From an uncultured Acidobacteriota bacterium (lineage in GTDB: Bacteria > Acidobacteriota > Vicinamibacteria > Vicinamibacterales > UBA2999), in NCBI GenBank assembly GCA_963802675.1, contig CAWDJL010000008.1, positions 392,041 to 456,040 of the forward strand: DNA of 64,000 bases, in the 5' to 3' direction. The notes below the pieces were generated by a model that had not been told where the DNA came from, ran no database searches, and worked only from the letters and a program-made list of their open reading frames with translations. The position numbers and the translations under genes were made by a program. How positions within the stretch are numbered: position 1 is the first letter of the stretch; each line of letters starts with the position of its first letter. Shown piece by piece: positions 56,910-64,000 of the stretch.

Positions 56910-58400
56910 TCACAACGGTCTCCACTGCCGCGCCTCGCGCGTGAGCAGGTCATCAGCTTCCCGAGGCCCGTCGCTGCCGGCAGGGTACGATGCCAGCCCG
57001 CAATCACCGCTCGTCCACGCCTTCAAGATGGGTTCGACAACGGCCCAACCCCCTTCGACGATATCGGCGCGTTTGTAGAGCATGCGGTCGCCGGTCATCG
57101 CGTCGTAGAGCAGCGTTTCGTAACCCGTGTGGTGTTCCACGCCAAAATAGTCGTCGTAGTTGAACCGCATGTCGACAGGGCTCGTCGTCACATCCGGCCC
57201 GGGCAGTTTGGCGGCAAACCGCAGCCTGATCGTCTCCTCTGGCTGAATCGAGATGACCAGCAGGTTGGGTTCCGGGGCGGCCATCGAGGCCTGGCGGAAG
57301 AGCGCCAACGGCGGCTGCTTGAACTGGATCACGACCTCGCTCTTCTTCTTCGCCAGTCGCTTGCCGGTGCGGAGGTAGAACGGCACGCCGGCCCACCGCC
57401 AGTTGTCGACCGCGATGCGGAATGCCACATACGTTTCGGTCTTCGATGCCGGATTGACGCGCGGCTCGACCCGGTACGGCGGCACGGTCGAACCGCCGAC
57501 CGCTCCGCCGGTGTATTGGGCTCGCACGCTCGTTGCGTTGCACTCGCGCATGCTCAAGGGCTCGATCGCTTCGAGAACCTTGACCTGCTCGTTGTGCAGC
57601 GCGTTGGCCTCGAGCGAACTGGGCGGCTCCATCGCTGTCAGCGTCAGAATCTGGAACAGATGGTTCGGAACCATATCGCGCAGCGCGCCCGCCTGATCGT
57701 AATAGCTGCCGCGCATCTCGACGCCCAGCGTTTCGGCCACCGTGATTTGCACATGGTCGACGTAACGACGATTCCAAATCGGCTCGAAGATGCCGTTGCC
57801 GAAGCGAAAGACCAGGATGTTTTGAACGGTTTCCTTCCCGAGGTAGTGATCAATCCGATAGATCTGATGCTCCTTCATGACGATCCGGAGTCGTCGATTG
57901 AGCTCACGCGCCGACGCCAAATCGGTGCCGAACGGTTTTTCGATAATCACCCGCCGCCAACCGTCGCGTTCGTCGAGGAGTCCTCGCCGCGCCAGCCGTT
58001 CGCACACGTTCAGAAACTGTTCGGGGGCGACCGCGAGATAGAAGAGGACGTTCCGTGTCTTGATCGCCTCCGCCGTCGCATCCAGTTCGTCAGCCAGCCG
58101 CTGCCATGCCAATTCGTCGTCGAAATCCGCCGCGATGTACGACAGGTGCTGCATCGTGCGATCGAAGAGATCCGGATCGACGGGATGACCTTCGGCGCTC
58201 TCAATCGCTTCGCGGAACTTTTCCTTGAGCTGCGCGACGGTCGATTCCGATCGGGCGAGGCCGATGATGGCCACCCGGTCGGACAACAGTCTCATTTCGG
58301 CGAGGTTGTACAGCGAAGGGACCAGGAGTCGGCGGGTCAAGTCGCCACTCGCACCAAAGATGACGACGGTGCAGGGATCGGCGGGGTTCACAGAAACCAC
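56910..58400 (-). CDS. zwf: glucose-6-phosphate 1-dehydrogenase
   Basis: VVIFGASGDLTRRLL (NADP site), RIDHYLGKETVQN (active site) and EKPFG. The likely GTG start at 58400 sits just after the upstream TGA. The ORF track shows a longer artefactual N-terminus. Confidence 0.9.
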   Translation of the reverse strand: MVSVNPADPCTVVIFGASGDLTRRLLVPSLYNLAEMRLLSDRVAIIGLARSESTVAQLKEKFREAIESAEGHPVDPDLFDRTMQHLSYIAADFDDELAWQRLADELDATAEAIKTRNVLFYLAVAPEQFLNVCERLARRGLLDERDGWRRVIIEKPFGTDLASARELNRRLRIVMKEHQIYRIDHYLGKETVQNILVFRFGNGIFEPIWNRRYVDHVQITVAETLGVEMRGSYYDQAGALRDMVPNHLFQILTLTAMEPPSSLEANALHNEQVKVLEAIEPLSMRECNATSVRAQYTGGAVGGSTVPPYRVEPRVNPASKTETYVAFRIAVDNWRWAGVPFYLRTGKRLAKKKSEVVIQFKQPPLALFRQASMAAPEPNLLVISIQPEETIRLRFAAKLPGPDVTTSPVDMRFNYDDYFGVEHHTGYETLLYDAMTGDRMLYKRADIVEGGWAVVEPILKAWTSGDCGLASYPAGSDGPREADDLLTREARQWRPL

Positions 58401-58404
58401 GGCA

Positions 58405-60709
58405 TCAGTCTCCCCCGAAACGAAATTCAAACCGAGGCGTATAGCGCTCGACCGACTTGTACGGATCGGGCCACGGTATGACGTAGCCCTGCATGTAGGC
58501 GGCATGGCGCGCCCAGTAGGGGTCGAACAAATGCGCGCGCGCGAGCAGACACAAGTCTGCTCTGCCGGCCGCAATGATCGTGTTGACGTCCATGTAGGAC
58601 GAGATGTTGCCAACCGCCATCGTCGGCATCCCCACTTCGTGCCGGATACGGTCGGCAAAGGGCGTCTGGAACAATCGACCGTACTGTGGACGCTGTTCCG
58701 GCACCGTTTGCCCAGCCGAGACGTCCACGATGTCGCAGCCACGCGACTTGAGTAGTCGCGCCACCTCGACGGCGTCGGCGGGCTCCAGCCCACCAGGCAC
58801 CCAGTCGACCGCACTGATGCGCACGCTCATTGGTCGCTCCGCCGGCCACACCTGGCGACACGCCTCGAAGATCTCGAGCGGGAACCGCATGCGGTTGGCC
58901 AGCACGCCACCGTATTCGTCCTCCCGGTGGTTGGTCAGGGGTGAGATGAACGAGGCCAGGAGATATCCGTGCGCCATGTGTACTTCGAGCAGATCGAATC
59001 CAGCGTCGAGCGCAAGATGCGTCGCCTGTATGAAGTCTTCTCGAACGGCGTTCATGTCGTCGCGAGTCATCTCCCGCGGAATGGGCGATCGGTCGGCGAA
59101 ATAAGGTATGGGAGACGGCGAGAGGAGAGGCCATCCCGGACCGTCCATGGGTTCGCTGTCGCCTTCCCACAGCTTTTTCGTGGCTCCCTTGCGGCCTGCG
59201 TGCCCCAACTGGATGCCGACCTTGGCTGGTGACTCGCGATGAATGAAGTCGACCACTCGTCGCCATGCCACAGCGTGCTCGGGCTGGTAAAGACCCGCAC
59301 ACGCCGTGGAGATCCGCGCGTCGCGGCTCACGTCGGTCATTTCGGCCATCACCAGCCCCGCGCCGCCAATCGCACGACTGCCAAGATGCACGATGTGCCA
59401 GTCGCCCACCGTCCCGTCGTCAGCCACGTACTGACACATCGGTGAGACCACGATCCGATTGGGGACGATGAGATCTCTGAGCCGAAACGGCGTGAACATC
59501 GGTGGTGGCACTGCCCCGGACGTCTTGAAGGCTGGGCCTTCGAGTCGGGTTTGACGCACTCGCGGCCTCGGACACGGCACGGTCGACGCGACCGAGAAAG
59601 GCGGGGTCGCGCTTTCGCAGATCCTCGTGAGTGATCCGGAGCGATCGCGTCAGCAGCGTGAACGCAAACTGCCACGGCGGCAGCCGCATGTAGCGCTCGG
59701 TGTCTTCAAACCATTGCAGCGAGGCCTGCGCGGCGCGCTGCAGGCTCTCAACCGCCGGCCGCCGGCGCCGCTTCGTACGCCTGCAGTGCCTCCCCGACCT
59801 GCCCTACCTGCCCTGAACCGTTCGACGTGCCAGCGCCACCGCATCCTCCATCGCCATCCGCGTGCCGGAACCGACGGAGAAGTGGGCGGTGTGCGCCGCA
59901 TCACCCAACAACACGACATTGCCGCTCGACCAGGGCCTCACGCCGACGGTCGGAAACTGGCGCCACAGAGAACGGTTCGTGATCAGCCGATGACCGGCAA
60001 GCTCTTCGCTGAACAGCGCCTCGAGAAACGCGGCCGTTTCCTCTTCACTCGCGCGATGCATCCCGGCCGCACGCCAGGTCTCGTCGCGGCACTCCACGAT
60101 GAACGTCGAGCGATTCGGCCCGTACTGATAGGCATGGACTCGCCATAGGCCGTGCTCGTTGCGTTTGAAGTAGAAGGTGAACTCGGCAAACGGCTTCGTC
60201 GTGCCCAGCCACACGAACCGATTCGGTCGATGGTCGATAACGGTCTCGAGGCGATCGGCCAGCAACCGCCGAACAGTGCTGTTGACACCATCGGCGCCCA
60301 CGATCAAATCAGCGTCGGCGAATTGATCCAGCGTGTCGATCTCTCGCTCGAACTCGAGGCGTACACCCGCAGCGGCGGCTTGTTGCTGGAGCGTCGCCAG
60401 CAGCGTGTGACGGCTCATGCCGCTGAAACCGTGCCCGGTCGAGACGATCGTCTCGCCGCCGTAGTGTATGGCGATGTCGTCCCAGTGAACCAGGCCGTTC
60501 GAGATCGCCGCGAACGCTTCGCTGTCCGCCTCGGCAATCCCAGCCATCGTCGCGTCCGAAAACACCACGCCGAAACCGAACGTGTCGCCGGGACGGTTGC
60601 GTTCGACGACACAGATGTCGTTCTGGGGGGCCGCCCGCTTCATCAAGAGAGCGAAATAAAGACCTCCCGGCCCGCCGCCGACGCAGACGATCCGCAGGCC
60701 GCGCGTCAC
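58405..60709 (-). pseudogene. bifunctional FAD-monooxygenase + Old-Yellow-Enzyme oxidoreductase (salicylyl-CoA 5-hydroxylase-like), frame broken at least 3 times (about 59815, 59765, 59500-59570)
   Basis: N-domain RIVCVGGGPGGLYFALLM...GADGVNSTVRR...LLGDAAHTAHFSVGSGTRMAMEDA. Linker, by hand translation: QVGEALQAYEAA / [52 protein letters not shown] domain [26 protein letters not shown]...HMAHGYLL. Confidence 0.75.
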
Positions 60710-61849
60710 GCGTTCGTGGCCTCGTCGAAAACACCGCCGGCGACGATCAGCCGCTGAATATCAGAGGCGCCTTCGTAAATTCGCAAGGCGCGCACGGCTC
60801 GATACAGCCTTTCGACGGGATGGCCTACGAGTACACCGATGCCTCCGACGATCTGCACTGCCTCATCGACCACGCGTTGCGCCATTTCGGTCGCGAAGAG
60901 CTTGGCCATCGCGGCTGACGCCGAATTTCGCTGGGCGCCATGCGCCTGTTCCCACGCCGCGCGATACACCAGCATCCGTGCAGCATCGAGATCGGTCGCC
61001 ATTTGGCCGACCTTTGCGCGGATGACCGGCATGTCGGCGAGGGCCTGGCCGAACTGACGTCGCTGACGGGCATGCGCAACGGCTTCGTCCAACGCGCGAG
61101 CTGCCAGGCCGCAGGCGGCGGCGCCGACCGTCGGCCGCAGTCGATCGAGCGTTTGCATTCCGAGCTTGAACCCCCGATCGCGCTCTCCCACCAGTGCCGA
61201 GTCGAGAACCCGGCAATTGCGAAAGCGGATCCGGCCCAGGGGATGGGCGGCCGCGAGCACCTGCGCGCCTTCGAACGACAAGCCAGAGGTGTCCGATGGC
61301 ACCAGGAACACCGAGATGCCACGACTCCCCTGTTCGGGTGATGTCTTCGCGAAGACGAGATAAATGTCCGCGAGTCCGGCGTTCGAAATGAGGTGCTTCT
61401 CGCCTTCGAGAATCCAACCGTCGTCGTCATGGCGAGCCGTCGTGGTTAGCGCTCGCAACGTCCGAGCCGGCATCTGGTTCGGTCATCGCAAAGGCGGCCA
61501 TCACATCGCCGGCGATGATCCCCGGCACCCAGCGCGACCGCTGTTCGGCCGTGCCGCCGAGGATCAATGCAGTGGCGCCGAGTCCCTGAATCGCGACCAC
61601 AGCATCCGCCAGCGGGCTCTGCGCGGCGACCGCTTCGCGCACGAGGCAGATGCCCCGGAGGTCCTGCGACGCTAGCGCCTGAAGCCACCCACCACCGCCA
61701 ATCTCACGAAGGAGCGCGCGCGCCTCACGCCGAGCTTCGTCGTCTGTCGCAGGCTCGAGCTTGGGCCGCAGAACACGCCGCGCCCATTCCGACACACGAC
61801 GCCAGAGCTCCTGGTGTGCTGGTTCGAGCAACGCCGCCACAGCCTTCAC
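60706..61849 (-). CDS. acyl-CoA dehydrogenase, one frame break near 61450
   Basis: ORF 61427..61849 (..AFAMTEPDAGSDVAS) joins ORF 60706..61473 (TTARHDDDGWILEGEKHLISNAG ... IYEGASDIQRLIVAG). Confidence 0.85.
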
Positions 61850-62643
61850 TTGAACCTTGGCTCTCGTTTGTCGCGAAACGCTTCGTACGCTTCGCGGAAG
61901 TCCGGATACAGCATGAGGGCCGCCTGAATCTGCGCCTCCGCTTCGAGCGCCGATGGCAGATCCATCGCAGCCTCCCGATTCATGGCGTCCTTCGTGATCT
62001 CGAGAGCAAACGACGGCCCGCGTGCCAACCGCTCCGCAAACTCCCGAGCGGTCACCGCCAGCGCGTCGGCTTCGACCACGCGATTGTAGAGACCGATTCG
62101 GAAAGCTTCTGCCGCGCTGATGAAGTCGCCCATCATCAGCAGCTCGGCGGCTCGGCCAGTACCGACGATGCGCGGCAGCAGCCAGGCGGCGCCCATGTCT
62201 GCACCAGAGAGCCCGACCTTCGTGAACAGAAACGCGATCTTTGCCGATGACGCCGCAATCCTGATGTCACACGCCGTGGCAATGACCGCCCCGGCACCGG
62301 CGACGGTGCCATTGAGCGCCGCGACCACTGGACGGCGGCACGCGCGGATGCTTCGAACGAGATCGCCAGTCAAGCGAGTGAACGCGAGCAACCCCTGAAA
62401 GTCGCGTGACAGAAGGGGCCCGATAATGTCGTGAACGTCGCCGCCCGAGCAAAACGCTTGGCCCTCACCCGTCAGGACGATCGCTCGAACCTCCGGCGTG
62501 CCGCTCAACGCATCGAAGGTGGACCTGAGTTCCCCGTAGACCTCGAACGTCAGCGCGTTGAGACGCTGCGGCCGGTTGAGGGTGATCGTCGTGACACCCG
62601 TCGACTCGTCGTGGGCGAGGAGGAAGGACGCTGGCGCCTTCAC
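61846..62643 (-). CDS. enoyl-CoA hydratase/isomerase (crotonase) family protein
   Basis: ITLNRPQRLNAL, VLTGEGQAFCSGGDV and AALNGTVAGAGAVIA motifs. ATGA overlaps on both sides. Confidence 0.85.
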   Translation of the reverse strand: MKAPASFLLAHDESTGVTTITLNRPQRLNALTFEVYGELRSTFDALSGTPEVRAIVLTGEGQAFCSGGDVHDIIGPLLSRDFQGLLAFTRLTGDLVRSIRACRRPVVAALNGTVAGAGAVIATACDIRIAASSAKIAFLFTKVGLSGADMGAAWLLPRIVGTGRAAELLMMGDFISAAEAFRIGLYNRVVEADALAVTAREFAERLARGPSFALEITKDAMNREAAMDLPSALEAEAQIQAALMLYPDFREAYEAFRDKREPRFK

Positions 62644-63845
62644 GACTGCTCCTTGATGGGTAACACAGCATCCGCTTCGATCTCGACGACTGCATCGCGA
62701 TCCACTAGCCCAGTCACACCGATGAGGGCCATCGCCGGGTAGTGGGTTCCCAGGTGTCGTTTCCAGACGTCCGCCAAGCTGCTGCGCGCCCCGCGATATT
62801 CGTCGAGGTCCGTGACGTAGATCGTCATTCGAACGATATGCTCCGGATCCCCGCCGGCGGTCCTGACCACTTCCAGGGTTCTGACCAGGGCCAACTCGAA
62901 CTGTGTCGCAAAATCACCGGCCGCGACACCGCTCTCGTCGTCGGCTGCCGTCTGGCCAGCCACGTGCAAGGTGCGCCACCCTGCAGGTGTGAGGACACCA
63001 TGTGAAAAGCCGCGCGGCCGCCCACGAGACGGTGGATTGACGTGAACGACTTGCGGCGAGTCATGTTTGGGCATGCGGTTTTCTCGGAGAGGCGGATTGG
63101 CGGCGAGCGCCTCCAGCACTGACTCTTCTAGTATGGCCCCCAGCGTCTCGATGCTCTGTCGTCCCTCATCGGCGGTTGCCGCTGCGGGCCAGCCGAAATA
63201 GGCGCGGGCCCCACCCGCGTCGGCGAACGACCGATCGCCCCGACGAATCGCGTCAACCAACGAGGCGGGGTTAGGAGGCAAGCCGCTCATGGTTTCGACG
63301 TCCACCCAGGAGGGATGTTCAGCCAGGACGATGGAGCCCTCGTAGCGCCCCGCATGGCAAGCGCCGCTTTGAAACTCGGGTCCTAATCGGCTCGCCCAAC
63401 GACGTCGGGTCAGGTCGGGAAACACTATCGTGCACCCATCGACTTCCTGCGCTGCTGCTTCACGGATGGCAGCAACATTCGCTGGGTCATGGTGCGCGTT
63501 GGCTATCGCCATGACCCGGACTCCGTGCCGACCGACACTGCCGGCCACGCCGGCAATGAGCAATGTCGTCGCGGCCGCCGGTGTATCGATCGTCCCAGCG
63601 AACGCCGAAGCAAACGGCGCGGGCGCGACTGTGAGCGCAGGAAGCAACACGACTTCGAACCCACGACCGGCAAGTCGCTCGGCGCCCGCTCGCGCCATCG
63701 CGTCGGCGATGACGACATCGGTGCCCAACGGCAAATGCGGGCCATGCGCTTCGAGAGCGCCAACCGGCAGCACCGCCACTGTGCGCTCCCTCCCCACGCG
63801 CTCGAATGCGGGCCACGACATCGACAGCCATTGATGAACCGGCAT
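62640..63845 (-). CDS. creatininase-family amidohydrolase fused to a RidA/YjgF domain
   Basis: N-terminal LPVGALEAHGPHLPLGTD..ANAHHDP..GACHAGRYE (creatininase fold ligands). The C-terminal ~125 aa carry GVLTPAGWRTLHVAGQTA...MTIYVTDL...VEIEADAVL (RidA). Confidence 0.75.
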   Translation of the reverse strand: MPVHQWLSMSWPAFERVGRERTVAVLPVGALEAHGPHLPLGTDVVIADAMARAGAERLAGRGFEVVLLPALTVAPAPFASAFAGTIDTPAAATTLLIAGVAGSVGRHGVRVMAIANAHHDPANVAAIREAAAQEVDGCTIVFPDLTRRRWASRLGPEFQSGACHAGRYEGSIVLAEHPSWVDVETMSGLPPNPASLVDAIRRGDRSFADAGGARAYFGWPAAATADEGRQSIETLGAILEESVLEALAANPPLRENRMPKHDSPQVVHVNPPSRGRPRGFSHGVLTPAGWRTLHVAGQTAADDESGVAAGDFATQFELALVRTLEVVRTAGGDPEHIVRMTIYVTDLDEYRGARSSLADVWKRHLGTHYPAMALIGVTGLVDRDAVVEIEADAVLPIKEQS

Positions 63846-63948
63846 GCCTGCCGTGTAAGCCTAACGTAAACGACATGGGGACATTCGGGGCCCCCAGCGT
63901 GTGTAGTCCACAGGCTGGGGACCCCGTTCGGCGGGGCGACTTGCCGGT

Positions 63949-64000
63949 ATCAGCTGAATCACTTGTGGCCCGGCGCGCTTCGGACTTCCGCCTGAAGGCG
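63949..64000 (+). repeat. REP/MITE-like element, copy 7 (truncated by the window end)
   Basis: The left end tatcagctgaatcacttgtggcccggcgcgcttcgga is followed by cttccgcctgaaggcg at 63985..64000. The 40 nt before the hairpin are about three-quarters identical to the same region of copy 4. Confidence 0.8.

Overview
This is a GC-rich bacterial chromosomal segment (roughly two-thirds G+C by eye, not computed) with about 50 protein-coding genes. I found no rRNA, tRNA, CRISPR array, transposase, integrase or phage gene.

The gene content suggests Acidobacteriota, which is an inference. The supporting genes are a TIGR03436-like VWA protein, an ADOP/MacB-like duplicated permease, a BlaI/BlaR1 pair, a CarboxypepD_reg-type TonB-dependent receptor, a DUF1552 plus DUF1585/1587/1588/1592/1595 pair, a PEP-CTERM tail, and many Sec/Tat-exported enzymes.

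Gene blocks in order:
- 0.6-5.4 kb: TonB, a large secreted protein and a VWA protein.
- 5.6-10.8 kb: a Dabb protein, a DUF3667 protein, an MTA/SAH-deaminase-like amidohydrolase with a CYTH-like tail, and a membrane metallophosphoesterase.
- 11-16.6 kb: a signalling cluster of a Ser/Thr kinase, an ECF sigma factor, a REC-PP2C phosphatase and a STAS protein.
- 16.6-20.7 kb: two leaderless S8 subtilases plus a free-standing copy of a subtilase pro-region.
- 20.9-24.5 kb: a multicopper oxidase coupled to an amidohydrolase.
- 26-33.6 kb: exported proteins, including a beta-helix/FN3 protein, a minimal PEP-CTERM peptide, and a copper-radical oxidase coupled to a Tat-exported aminotransferase.
- 35.5-41.4 kb: a secreted ankyrin protein with the DUF1552 and DUF1592-type pair.
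- 41.6-49.6 kb: blaI and blaR1 (with an ankyrin sensor), a broken TonB-dependent receptor, and the ADOP permease.
- 50-54.4 kb: a TolB-like protein, an EEP nuclease/phosphatase, membrane proteins and a Tat-exported alanine racemase.
- 54.8-58.4 kb: mbfA, gnd and zwf.
- 58.4-63.8 kb: a salicylyl-CoA-hydroxylase-like acyl-CoA operon.

Two properties run across the whole window:
1. I count at least 30 reading-frame breaks with conserved protein sequence on both sides. They are very unevenly spread: about 13 in the TonB-dependent receptor, 4 in the phosphatase and 3 in the hydroxylase. Most are probably indel errors, so all pseudogene calls are provisional.
2. Intergenic regions are dominated by a bipartite double-hairpin REP/MITE-like element (7 copies) and by long imperfect palindromes. 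Each palindrome has arms built from a locus-specific short tandem motif and its reverse complement.

The best candidates for something undescribed are the repeat architecture, the leaderless subtilase/pro-domain cluster, and the exported oxidase-aminotransferase pair.
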